The notes below the pieces were generated by a model. That model had not been told where the DNA came from and ran no database searches. It saw nothing but the letters and a program-made list of their open reading frames with translations. Source: Fimicolochytrium jonesii (lineage: Eukaryota). Taken from it: a stretch of DNA of 64,000 nt. A program made the position numbers and the translations under genes. The stretch covers positions 62,001 to 126,000 of the forward strand of contig NW_026515686.1 in the NCBI RefSeq assembly GCF_025526975.1, written 5' to 3'. Positions 40,201 through 51,399 of the stretch are shown piece after piece; the stretch's first letter is position 1, and each line of letters opens with the position of its first letter.

Positions 40201-40832
40201 TCAGCCGTTACCTGAGGTTTCAAATCTCTATGTATTAAATCATGTGCTCTCAGAAACTCCATCGCCGAGGCTAAATGGAAGCACGTCGATGTCAGATTGT
40301 GATGATCGAGAGGGAAGACGGTTCTGCAGTACTTACCCAGTTGCTTCAGGAAGTCCCTCACGATGATATCGTTTAGACCTCCCCAAACGCTGGACATTGG
40401 ATTCCACTGTCCAGCCTCGACTTGAAGTCCTCCCACCAACCCGCGCTTCTTTATGTAGTTTGACAAATCTCCCAGCGAGCAGTACTCCATTATCAAGTGG
40501 ATGTGCTTGTCAGTTTTCTAGAAGGAAGGTGCCCCAGTTAGTAAGTCAGGCTGAGATATCATCGGGTCGATGAGGAGTCACCGTACCATGATGTCAAGCA
40601 GTGCCACTACATGCTCATGCTGGATCCCCTTCAAAATCTTGATCTCACTTTCAAGATTCTCCATAAGCTTTCTGTTCAACTTTTCCCGTGATACGGACTT
40701 CACGGCGACCGGATGCCCAGTTGCTATCGTCTTCCCCATGTACACCGTCGCGAATGATCCCCTTCCAATCTCATGGCCGATGATATAGTCGCCTACCGCC
40801 ATTGACGGCGCTGTCGACGGATGCAGAGACAT
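37285..40832 (-). CDS. ATG1: Autophagy initiation kinase ATG1/ULK with C-terminal MIT/EAT domain; spliced
   Basis: '[10 protein letters not shown]', '[18 protein letters not shown]', 'IHRDLKPQ', '[31 protein letters not shown]', '[17 protein letters not shown]', C-terminal '[15 protein letters not shown]', 'ERFVASL..RV'. Confidence 0.95.
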
Positions 40833-41808
40833 CTTGGGTGGCCTGCTGATGATGTGATGTCAGTGCTTCAACGATGGACGTGAAAAACCCACTGCGTGAA
40901 CCGGAATCTCACCTCTGCGGGTTCAGGAGGCGATCTACTCGGAGTGGTGAGGAGGTGCAATCGGACGCCCTGATCAATTATTCAACTGCACAAATATTCG
41001 ATGCGGCAGGATCCTCGAAAAGATGTTACGATCCATGATACTGGCCGGAAAGCGACTCCGGCGGAGTGCTCCGGCAGGAAGCAGACGTAAAGTGGGCCAA
41101 TCCACTCTTTCGTCAACTCTTTAAATAGCAAACGTAGCTTGCGTTGTTCGACTCCACCAAGAGCGCGGAAGTATTATTGCTTGGAATGCCGTTCTGTTCC
41201 CGGCACGAGGTTTACAGAAGTCGTGTATAGACCCGGCTGACAGACGACCGAATGGGTTCGAGTTACACTCTGAGAAAGCAGTTGGAAGGCGTCGTCGCGG
41301 CTCGTCGGCGGCGGATTTTGAAGTTGCTCGAAACACCCACAGGTGCGAAGAATGGACTCAAGGTTTCACTTTCAGCAAGTCCCCAGGGACTTATCGGAGC
41401 AGGCTTCGGAGAATACAAGAACCCTTCGTGGGGTAGTGGCTGAGCGACGAGGTGCTGCAGAATGCTCTGAGCGGCTCGCTATTGAAGTCGTTATCTCGTC
41501 GCGTGTTGGACGATGCTCAGCAGAATGGCTGTGGAGACGAGTGGCAGAATAAAGAAAGAAAGGCACAGCGCACACTCAGCAACAGGCTGGTCGGAGTATG
41601 GTTCAAGGCAACGAATAAGCCGTGCGTAAGACGGGTGCTTAGTGTGGTTGTTAGTGGTTTTAGTTTCGTGGGAGAATGTCCACTTCAAGCGAGTGGGAAA
41701 GTTGCAGTCTATGGGGGGAGATAGGGGCAGTCATCACTGATCTTTCTGTACACGTAACTCCTACTGTATTCCGCCAGAGTCAGGGACGCCCAAATAGGCG
41801 GGCGCTGC

Positions 41809-41827
41809 GGGGGGGGGGGGGGGGGGG
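41809..41827 (+). repeat. G19 homopolymer (potential G-quadruplex) upstream of ATG1
   Basis: 19 consecutive G in intergenic DNA. Confidence 0.9.
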
Positions 41828-42225
41828 TGGAATTTGCAAGTCTCACAGGTCGTGTGTCATCTCTAATCACGCAACATCGGAGCACAGCACCCACATTACT
41901 CAGGGGGAAAACAACAAACAGCTTCCTCCCTCCGCTCAAAGAGATATGATTGCGTGCTTTCTGGGCTTGGTTTAGAGGCTGGCTGCGTGCCTCTTTCACC
42001 CCTTTGACGACCCGTCACCGGGCCTAGAACCAGAACCCAAGACGTCCCATGACACTTAGCGCTTCTAATCAAACAGAGGTCAGTTGACGCTCATAATACT
42101 AATCACGATGGGTTGTCGAAACGGTATCGCCTCAACCAGTGCCAGTCCGGAAAGCAAACAGTTATGTGGGACGTTGAAGCACCCCAACAAATATAAGTTA
42201 TTGCACCTACTCTCACAACAGGCAA

Positions 42226-42297
42226 TCCTTCATGGTCCAGTGGTCAGGATCCGTCGCTCTCACCGACGTGGCCCGGGTTCGATTCCCGGTGGGGGAA
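42226..42297 (+). tRNA. tRNA-Glu(CTC)
   Basis: TCCTTCA...TGGGGGA-A acceptor, anticodon loop CT-CTC-AC, T-arm CCGGG-TTCGATT-CCCGG, T-run terminator. Confidence 0.95.
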
Positions 42298-42866
42298 AAT
42301 TTCTTTTTCATTTCCGCACTTCAAACACTTCACAAGTCGCGATATCATCAGTTGTTTTTCCTGGAACTTCTTTTGGGCCTTCTTCGTGCTAGTACTCATG
42401 GGGAGTCCGATACGGGGAATGACACGATTGATTCTATAACGGAGAAAAAAGAAAAGGTCAGTTACTCGAAACACAAAGTAACAGCCAACGCTTGGATACT
42501 CTTCGGCGACGGGGGAGCCCGAAGTAACACCGCCACGTGACTTGATTGGAGAGTTTAATGCGGTGGTCCTCAAAACGCTGAATTTGACAGGTGAGATTGG
42601 TGCTGTCAGAGGTTTGCACGACTGATTCTTGGATAATCTCCGCCTCCTTTCCGTCTTCGAATGAGCGGCAATGCAGAGGCCGCATCAGCAGAGAATGATT
42701 GAAGACGTTGAATGAATATCTTTAACCGTAACTCTGCTCTTAAGACAGAACCAATCGGCCACCAAGGTCGCTCTCGCAGCCGCCCGCCGCATCCGAACGA
42801 AGCCATTTGTTCAAAATCAAACCCACCTCCATCGCCTTATGCGAACTTGCGAGCCGATCCTCAGCA

Positions 42867-45326
42867 ATGCGCATCTCTGGCGTAAACATCAACAGCACCT
42901 CCGCCATCGAGCGGGGTGAGGCACCTTACACCCCCGCATCATCCATTTCAAAGAAAGCGGTCCCACTTCTTCCATATCAGCTTCAGCGCGCAACCAACAC
43001 CGTCAACCAATACCGGTTAGAGCAACAACAGCAAAAGGCCGCGCAAGCTGCACAAAAAGCGTTGGAGAAGACCCAGCCTCTGCATGTAGAGCATCCCAAG
43101 CCCCGCATTGGCACCGACATCGTGCTGGGCGATACCTCATACTGCGATGCATCCACTCAGTTCGTTACGACTGCGGGCAGGGATTTCCATGCAAAGCAGG
43201 ACTTTTCCAAAATTCCCGGCGCAGCGAAGAGCAAGCTGACTTTCATCACCCCGTCGCGAGGCGTCGTGGTGGATAATACGATGCTGCCGCCTGCGGGGAA
43301 GCCCTTGGGTATTGACACCGCTAATAAACGGGCGGACCATATATCGTTTGGGGATGCGAGGAGGAGAGGAGGAGTTGTTCTGAACGGATTGGATGGATCA
43401 GCTGGTGGGATTCCAGGGAATGGCATGGCGCTAGATGATGGGGAAGATGATGCGTACAAGACTGTGAGCGGACAGGCGTTCAAGTATCGTGGCAAAGGTA
43501 GGTCAATAGCCCCGCGTACGGCTGAGCACATTCGGGTGGTTGACGAACGCTTATCCATCGTAGACCTGTCCAAGGAAGAGGCCCTTTCTTTACCGTCCAC
43601 ACTTGCTTCGAGCACCGCCCTTACTCCCGCCCAACGTTTCCACGCCGCCGCCAATCCCACAACCTCCAACCAAAAGCACACAGGCGGCCTCCGCACACGT
43701 CACGACTTGCCCATCGACGACACGCACTTCAAATCGTACACCACGACCCATCAGGACGCCTACCATGTCAATCACGATACCGCGGCCCGCGCAATTGATG
43801 CAACGACGGCCAACACGGCCCACTCTTTCGGAGCTAGTAACCGAGCCAGTACCATTCCATTCGGCAATAAGGACCAGGTGAAGGAATATGCTACCATTGC
43901 GGGTGGGGCGTGGGTGAGGCATCCCGTGGAGGCCTATTTGGAGTCGGCGTCCGGGATTAAGTTGGTGAAAAAGGGGCCGAGAAGTACCAGTGGGTTGACC
44001 AAGATGAACAGGGGTGCCGCGGGGTCTCATGAAGACGATACGATTGATGGGGATTCGAAGAATCGCACTTTCGTGTCGTTGACGCAGCTGTCGTACCCAC
44101 CACCACCGGACGCGACGTACCGACGGAAGACTGCCGATGGAAGTGGAGGGCCAGCACAGGCACATGTGTTGCCACCCAGCGCTATTCCCGACTCACACCG
44201 CCGTGGATTCTCGTCCATCCAGTTTGGATCTGCTCCTGGTAACGGCGCCGCCGGAACAACCGCCCATGACGAGCCGGCTCAATCCCAAAGTCGCGCGACG
44301 TATATTCCCTACCCCGACGCCTACCTGTCCGCGCGAACCGCCCTGCGTTCCGGCTTGGAAGACCGGCTCGTATCCAAACGCGGCATCCAGAACGCAGTGC
44401 GGCCCGTGAACAAATCCCTCGTCGACACATCGAGCATGCAGGCCGCATACGTACCGCCGTCCGCGCCACAGGAGCACGACAAAACCAAACTGAAAGCGGC
44501 AGGTGTATCGCTGCACGCCCCGAGCAGCAACTACTCATCGGTTCCAACAGGCGACTCAGGATACTTCCCGATCGCAACAGGTGCTCGCGGCGACGCAGCA
44601 ACGACCGCCGCATCGTCATACCCACACTACCCGCCGGAACTCACATCCAGCCAGTACATCCGCCACCCGGTGCTCGGCGCGCGCATCACCGAATCCACAT
44701 TCCGGATCGGCTACGACGGGGACGACGCTGCAGCCGCAGATAACGGGAGCGGGGCGGCACCCCCGCGCGTGGACTACACCACCTCCACCCAACGCGATTA
44801 CACCCCCAAGCACCTCGACCACGCCGCGGCATCCTCCTCCCACACCCGCCACATCAAACACGCGCCGAGCCTCCCCCCCATCGGCGACCCGGCCACCCGG
44901 CAACTCCCCTTCGAACGCACGACAAACCAGATCCACTACCGCCCCCCGCCGGCACCCACCCACCCCGGCATCGCGGCCCCGCCGGCAGAGACGTGGCCAA
45001 CTCTCCCTGCACCCGTAGCCCCCGGGGCAGGCACACGCGGCCGCTATGCCAACCGCCCCCGCATCATGCCCAACACCGGCGTCAAGGCCCTCCTCTTCCC
45101 CGCCAACTCCGGTGCATCTGTCGTTGACGACGTCGCGGCGAGGTATGCGACGACGACGGGGAAGTATTTCCGCGATCGCGGCGGGTTGTGGGATGTGCAT
45201 GGGCACGGTGATCACGGCGCTGCCAAGCCGAACAATGCGAGCAGTGTTGTGTTTGGGGATCCGAGGTTGGGCTATTTTCGGGACCGCGTTGTCGAGAGGG
45301 GGGTGCCGGCCATGACGGTGTGTTGA
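42867..45326 (+). CDS. Intronless repeat protein resembling SAXO5/TEX45-type microtubule inner proteins
   Basis: Alternating '[S/H]I.FG[DN]' motifs (HISFGD, TIPFGN, SIQFG, FRIGYD, VVFGD) and Mn-like 'TT....Y/F' motifs (TTAGRDF, TTHQDAY, TSTQRDYTP, TTNQIHY, TTTGKYF). Confidence 0.6.
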   Translation: MRISGVNINSTSAIERGEAPYTPASSISKKAVPLLPYQLQRATNTVNQYRLEQQQQKAAQAAQKALEKTQPLHVEHPKPRIGTDIVLGDTSYCDASTQFVTTAGRDFHAKQDFSKIPGAAKSKLTFITPSRGVVVDNTMLPPAGKPLGIDTANKRADHISFGDARRRGGVVLNGLDGSAGGIPGNGMALDDGEDDAYKTVSGQAFKYRGKGRSIAPRTAEHIRVVDERLSIVDLSKEEALSLPSTLASSTALTPAQRFHAAANPTTSNQKHTGGLRTRHDLPIDDTHFKSYTTTHQDAYHVNHDTAARAIDATTANTAHSFGASNRASTIPFGNKDQVKEYATIAGGAWVRHPVEAYLESASGIKLVKKGPRSTSGLTKMNRGAAGSHEDDTIDGDSKNRTFVSLTQLSYPPPPDATYRRKTADGSGGPAQAHVLPPSAIPDSHRRGFSSIQFGSAPGNGAAGTTAHDEPAQSQSRATYIPYPDAYLSARTALRSGLEDRLVSKRGIQNAVRPVNKSLVDTSSMQAAYVPPSAPQEHDKTKLKAAGVSLHAPSSNYSSVPTGDSGYFPIATGARGDAATTAASSYPHYPPELTSSQYIRHPVLGARITESTFRIGYDGDDAAAADNGSGAAPPRVDYTTSTQRDYTPKHLDHAAASSSHTRHIKHAPSLPPIGDPATRQLPFERTTNQIHYRPPPAPTHPGIAAPPAETWPTLPAPVAPGAGTRGRYANRPRIMPNTGVKALLFPANSGASVVDDVAARYATTTGKYFRDRGGLWDVHGHGDHGAAKPNNASSVVFGDPRLGYFRDRVVERGVPAMTVC

Positions 45327-46052
45327 GGGTGGCATCACCAGGGGAGATGGAGACGCCGCGGGATCTGACAATGTGCACATGCGACAGCCGGTATGGAAAT
45401 CACACGACTGTGTGATCCATGTGAGGGCAGCAATACACATCATCTGTATCTAAGGGTTTTCCGCGAGACTGAATGAATACCATGAGAAGAAAGTGTATGC
45501 AGTTCCAAATGGCATATACATGCCGCATATCGCAAATCGAGTTGTTGTGGAGACTATACGATAGTTTTTTGTACGAAGGAGAGTACATGGAGATAAGAAG
45601 TCCGATGCCGCCAAAGGAAGCTGCGAAACCTGCGGCGACGTTCTGACGAGCGGCCGACGAGAAGAAGCCTGCCGCAACTGCCTCAGTGTCAAAGAGCTTT
45701 CGCAGTTGGAATCTGCGCCTATTGATGAACTACCCCCCTTCGCCTTATGGTAGACCGTATGAGTGCAGAACGTAGATATGGTGGTCGAAGTGGATATGCT
45801 CAGATGCAGAATTTCCATACCTATATACACATCAACCCAACCCCAAAACTATGAGGAAATAGATAGATGGCGCGAGTGCAAGGCAAGGACATATCAGCCC
45901 CAAAACTCGAGACAGCCCATGAATGAAAAAGAGTCCGAGGGCGAAAGTCTATGAACGCGGGATGATATTTCCCCGTGGTGCCCGTCCGGTGCAGTGCTTG
46001 TTCAGACGCCGCACCAACCTCCTTTCTCGCATCCTCACCCGCTCCGGGCCCC

Positions 46053-47293
46053 TCACAAACGGGACGTGTGCGTGTGCTCCGCCGGACGCTCCCGATCCCA
46101 CTCTCCCCGTTTCTCCGCATCACCACCACCATCATCTTGCCCCTTGTGCACCTCATTATGCCGCTGAGTAGACGGCGCGATGCCGAAGGTCGATGGGACG
46201 TGGATCTGGTGCTAGTAAGGCGTAGACTGGGTTGGTCTACCACGACAAGGTTTGCAGGAAGAGGGTGCATATGGAATTACCTCGGTGCAGATAGCTCGAA
46301 TAAGTGCTGCATGATGTATAGCGTGATGTGCAATCTAGTCGAAAAAAAAAAAACTGGTCGTCAATCATGCTCATAGGTCACTCCCAGTAGCAAACTCCCG
46401 AGAATCAACTCACAAACCAAATCTCCCTCCCCAAGCTACTCCTCAGCTCCGCATCCTTCCCCCCGTCCGGGTTAACCGTAACCCCTAAGCGGATCGGTTT
46501 CTCGAGGTCGACGTCGGTGGCTGCGGACGAGGTCGCGAGACGGTCGACGTAGGTGGTGAGGGTGAGGAGGAAGGTTAGGGCGCCACGGGGGGAGGTTGAG
46601 AGGTCATGCTATGTGGCGATGGAGATTTAGATTTTTAGGCCGATTGAGAGGTCGCAAAGAGGAGTGGGTACGTATTGCTTACCGGTGGATGCCGATGGTC
46701 GTAGTTAACCATCATGGGTGTTTCCTGTGCCTTTCCGGTCTTCTTCGACGCTGCTTCGTCCGAGGCTTTGATCAGCTCCGCGAACAGTATCCGAACATGC
46801 TCCAGGACGTGTCGGACGTGTTTCCCTAAGATCAATAACCCACTGTGAGAATCATCTAGTCTCCCACCAACCCTATCGCGCATTCCATCAACTAACCGAC
46901 GCTAGACTTGACTACATATTTCGACAACTTCGTGTACTTCTCCTCCCCCCGCTCATCCCTCACAAACGCCTCCAACAGCTCCCTATACTGCCCCAACACC
47001 GTCCGTGTCGCATCAAACAGCTCGCCATACACCTGCGACGACGGTAATGTCGGCGGACGCGTTTGGGCTTCTGGTGAGTCGGATCGAACGATGCGCGCGG
47101 CGGCTGCGGGAGAAAGGGCTGGTGGCGGTGGCGGAGTTGGGTCCTCGCGCAGTTCTTGGGCCTGAGCCTGCGCCCAGGACCGTGGAGGGGCCGAGTCTTG
47201 GAGATGGGGGCGGGGGGAGGTCATGAAGTGGCGAAGCGAGCAAGTGCGGTTTGTGAGGTGGTGGACAGGAGGTGGGATCTGACGGCGCTGCAT
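46053..47293 (-). CDS. DinB-superfamily (His-triad metallo/thiol transferase fold) protein with C-terminal PTS1; 5 exons
   Basis: Hand-spliced 'SSV|GKHVRHVLEH', 'VNYDHR', 'LRSSLGREIWF|IAHHAIHHAALIRAICTE|HQIHVPSTFGIAPST...HTSRL*'; DinB motifs GxHxRH and HHAIHH. Start either 47293 or 47224. Confidence 0.8.
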
Positions 47294-47925
47294 AAATGGA
47301 CATGACTAGTTAGCAAACAGCCGAGCGGGACCGAGCTTCACGGCAATAGTCAATTTCACTCACAATAGTGTGAGTTTCCAAAGAGGTTGCAATGGCGCGA
47401 AGCACGGTCGGCCGACGCAGGCAGGCACGCATTCGTTGGCGCTACCGGAGAAAGAACGACGATACTAGTAGCGTATGGGTATATATGAAAGCCTTGCGTA
47501 CGTACGAAAACGGATCTTTACGCGCCGAGTTTGAAGGTGATGCCTTCCCGTTACAAACAATGCTTTGTTGAGGTGTGAAAAACGCGGGGTTCACAATAAG
47601 TGCACTGATGATACGTTGAGGGGCGAGAGTGGGCTAGTTGAAGCGATATATGGCGGCGAGAGTAAGCGGAAGATGTAGTTGGTGGCAAGGGTCTGTAAGG
47701 GATAAAGCGACGACGACGGAAAAAGGTGCAGGTGTGGGGTTGGTGGGTGACAATACTGTGGGGTCAACAAGAGGGAAAAACCCCCCCAGTGATCTTCCGT
47801 GTTGCTTTGGGACGTCACCCCTATTACCTGTCTGTACGGTACAACACCGCGTATTCAGTCCATGTCACTCACCGGTTGAGGGGTTCCAGAAAAACGAAAA
47901 GAAGGAAAACGGACAAAAGGAGATT

Positions 47926-47997
47926 TTCCCCCACCGGGAATCGAACCCGGGCCACGTCGGTGAGAGCGACGGATCCTAACCACTGGACCATGAAGGA
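47926..47997 (-). tRNA. tRNA-Glu(CTC), second copy
   Basis: Reverse complement of the 42226 copy except for one D-loop base (GGTTAGG vs GGTCAGG). Confidence 0.95.
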
Positions 47998-48889
47998 TTT
48001 CGTATTAGGGGAATAAAAGCATTGACTTACAACAATGATTTTGTTCTTCTAATACTTCGTGTGGCATGTCGCATAAGTGTTTGCTTTCGATCCATGCGGG
48101 ATGCCAGTCACACGCAAAGATTGCCTGGTGATTCTTCTAAATACATCCGCACAACGAGTGTCGAGGAAGACGTGGAAGCATCAATATATATATACATGGG
48201 ACGACCAGAACAATAACGACATCAGCGCCGCCGCCGGGCACTGAATACATACCGAGGGATAACCAGCGTGTACTGAGAGTCGGTCATGCATATAGCGGCA
48301 GCGAGTCACGCGCGCAGTTTCGCAGCCAAACGCGTTTCCTACAACCGTCTCTCGCTCTCTCTCTCTCTCTGTCTTGTTTGATTTGATTAGGGGGCGTTAA
48401 TCAAGCCAGCGAAGTGGGAATGCCTTCCTTTGATTGGGGCTGATTAGGACAACTTCCGACTGTCCACAGTAGTAAGTAACCCACAACGACTTCCCACTTC
48501 CGACTGTTCACCCTCCCTCCCCAGAAACTACCCACTTTCTCACCTCCCAAGCTATCTCGCTCCTATCGCCCTTGCTTCCAGGTCAGACCTTCCCCCCCCT
48601 CACCAGCTTTCTTCAATATCGGCATCGAACGTCTCCTTGTTCCTCAGTCCTCTCACGAGTAGATTCCGCTCACGTCATTGATTGCCACGCTGTGGACTCA
48701 TCGGACGACACTCTCTACACCACACTACACCAACACCGGCTACTAGAGGAGAGAGTACACTATCTTCTACTATCCTCCTCGCTGTCACCATAGCGTGCCT
48801 CGTTTCGTCGACTTGCTGTACATTAGCTCATTCCAAATATCATCCCGAAATCCGTAAGGAGCCATCTGAAATAAGCGGCCACCTCCACG

Positions 48890-50743
48890 ATGCAACTTCG
48901 CTCCCACACGAAGCGTTTGCGGTCGCTTCGAGCTTGGGCCGAACCAGCTGCCACAGAGCTCACGTCCTGGGACCGCCCTCTCCTCACCACAAACGTCATC
49001 CTCCCGCAGGAACTCATCTTCCACATCATCTTGTTCCTCCCTTGGTGCTCCGCGACGAAACTGCGCCGGCTATCCAAAACCGTGCGCGATTTCGTCAATA
49101 CGAGGGTGCTTGCGCATTGCTACGCCGCGGGTCTTATCCGCCATAAAACACTGTGTCAGGCGTTGACAACTGGCGTGCATTGGGCGGAGTATCCCATGAA
49201 CAGCTTTGTGCCGCCTGCGGATGTGCAGAAACTTGCGTTTCAGCAGCTGCTCAAAGTGTACCTTAAAGGGTGGGACAGGAAGGAAGGGACCCTCACGAAG
49301 GGTGTGACTCTATCGCCGAATCACGAGAACATGACAGCTTTCATCTTGGAGGACCAGTTTGAGCTGCTGCCTATCCTGGAACGCGCGGTTATGGCGGGCT
49401 ACTTTGAGTCCGCGGTAGCCATTGTGGAGCATTGTAAAGACCGGATCTATAATGCGCTGCACAAAGATTCCAACACGGACACGTTGTGGGATTTCATTGA
49501 TGAGGTTGCCGAAGGTGGGCATCTGGAACTCCTTCGGGCATTCCTAGAGATGAAACCTGCAGAAATGGCCCACAACATCGGCGCAACCCTCTTCGCCGCC
49601 GTCGAAGGCGGTCACCTCGACGTCGTCCGTACCGTCCTCGACGTCGGCGGCACCCACCTCATCAAAGACGAACCGGGCCTCCTCGTCTTCGCCGCCGACG
49701 GCGAAAACCCCGACGTCGTACGCACCCTCCTCGAACTCGGCGCCAACCCAAATGATACCGACATGCCCGAATGCACCGCCCTCTCCGCCGCCGCCTTCAA
49801 CGGGAACATCACCAACGTCAACATCCTCCTCGAATGGGGCGCTACAGTCACCCCGCGAGCCTTGATCGCCGCCGCCCGGTCCCGCGCAAAGGAAATCTTC
49901 CACACTCTCCTCCCCTACGTTCCCATCACACCACAACTAGACGACTCCCTCCTCGCCGTCACCAACGAAACCACCGGAGAAGCAGTCCAACTCTTCCTCG
50001 CCGCAGGCATCGGCCACACCACCGTCTCCGCCGCCTTATTAGCAGCGATCGACTACGGATCCACCGCCAACGTCCGCATCCTCCTCCAAAACGGAGCAGA
50101 CGCATCACACAACCACAACCTCCCCCTCCGCCAAGCCGTCCGCTACGGCAACATCGACATCGTCTGTCTCCTCATCGAATACGGCGCAGACGTCAACGGG
50201 ACCGAACGAACCCGCCGGAAATGGTCAGAGGCGGACTACACACACCTTATACGCACGCCCTGTGGGCCACCGTTAGTCCGCGCCGTCGCGTGCGGGCGGT
50301 ACGATATCGCGCAACTGCTCTTAGAGCATGGCGCGGACCCGAGGTGGCAGAACGATTACACCCTCCTCTGCGCCGTGCGGTGCGACTGGCCTACCTTCTT
50401 CAACACCCACAGCAAATCACAAACCACCAACAGACGGCTCAAACTCATCAAACTGCTGGTGGATAACGGGGCGCGGTGTACGGGTGTGGGCGGGGTGAGG
50501 GCGCTGGTGGCGGCGGTGGAGGCCCCGGACAGGGGGGAGGTGCAACGAAAGGTTGTAAGGTATCTTGTGGAGTGTGGGGCGGATGTGCGGGAGGCTAGGA
50601 AGAAGGGGGGCAGGGTTGCTGAGGTTTTAGGGAGGGAGTTGCGGGGGTGCTGGGGAGGGAGGACGAAGGAGGTGGTTGGGAAGAGGAAGGCGAAGGAGGT
50701 GGTTGGGACGAGGTCCGTTCGGGGAACGAGGAGGGTTCGATGA
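48890..50743 (+). CDS. Intronless N-terminal F-box plus ankyrin-repeat protein
   Basis: F-box 'LPQELIFHIILFLPW....LRRLSKTVR', then about 10 ankyrin repeats (AVEGGHLDVVRTVLDVG, AAFNGNITNVNILLEWGA, AVRYGNIDIVCLLIEYGADVN) and a basic C-terminal tail. Confidence 0.88.
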   Translation: MQLRSHTKRLRSLRAWAEPAATELTSWDRPLLTTNVILPQELIFHIILFLPWCSATKLRRLSKTVRDFVNTRVLAHCYAAGLIRHKTLCQALTTGVHWAEYPMNSFVPPADVQKLAFQQLLKVYLKGWDRKEGTLTKGVTLSPNHENMTAFILEDQFELLPILERAVMAGYFESAVAIVEHCKDRIYNALHKDSNTDTLWDFIDEVAEGGHLELLRAFLEMKPAEMAHNIGATLFAAVEGGHLDVVRTVLDVGGTHLIKDEPGLLVFAADGENPDVVRTLLELGANPNDTDMPECTALSAAAFNGNITNVNILLEWGATVTPRALIAAARSRAKEIFHTLLPYVPITPQLDDSLLAVTNETTGEAVQLFLAAGIGHTTVSAALLAAIDYGSTANVRILLQNGADASHNHNLPLRQAVRYGNIDIVCLLIEYGADVNGTERTRRKWSEADYTHLIRTPCGPPLVRAVACGRYDIAQLLLEHGADPRWQNDYTLLCAVRCDWPTFFNTHSKSQTTNRRLKLIKLLVDNGARCTGVGGVRALVAAVEAPDRGEVQRKVVRYLVECGADVREARKKGGRVAEVLGRELRGCWGGRTKEVVGKRKAKEVVGTRSVRGTRRVR

Positions 50744-51399
50744 CCCTCGTGTCTCGGGCTCTCCCATACCCTTTGGATATACTGTATCTTGTTGGTCCCC
50801 CTGTATACCCCCCGATCTGTACACATCCTCCCTGCGCCACCATCTGTATGTCCTCTCGGCTGGGTCTTGTTCGGATTCCCCTCTGTTTTCTTGTACTGTA
50901 CATACGACTCCAGTTCCTATGAGTATATCTGTAATCGAACACGCACTGCATCTTAAAGAAACAGGGCCCTCAGTGGGGCAAACGCCTGCACATCTATACG
51001 CGGCTCCGCCCTGCTACGTCCATCAACAGGGTGTGCAGGAATGTTCTGCCCCCAATTATTTAGAGTTTGATACTACCACTTGGCATAGTCTTACCCTTGC
51101 GATGCACCTAGCATTTATGGACGCGCAGGAGCGTTGGATGTAGGAGTTGTTGTTCGGCAGCTGGATGCTGAGCTGGATGGAGGAACAGGGGCGCGTTGGG
51201 GAAAAGCGCTGTGCATGTTCGGGGTCTTGCAAAACATCTTGTGGAGATCACCTCCCCATTCCAACCACCCACGCAGCCAGGGCTTCTCACCCACAAACAC
51301 CCGTGGAACCCCCGGCTTCCGGACCCTCCCACACCGAACCCTTTGGGAGAAAAAAAAAGCGGTTTGGACATATACCACCCCAGACGCGGCACCGATACA

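Noticed and set aside
45560..45755. Short + strand frame with CxxC...CxxC (CETC...CRNC)
   Set aside because: No in-frame ATG after the upstream stop and no convincing splice partner; it lies between convergent 3' ends.
47229..47243. GCGAAGCGAGC motif near the start of the DinB gene
   Set aside because: Antisense to the gene and in or next to its coding start, with no flanking similarity to the intronic repeat family; probably chance.
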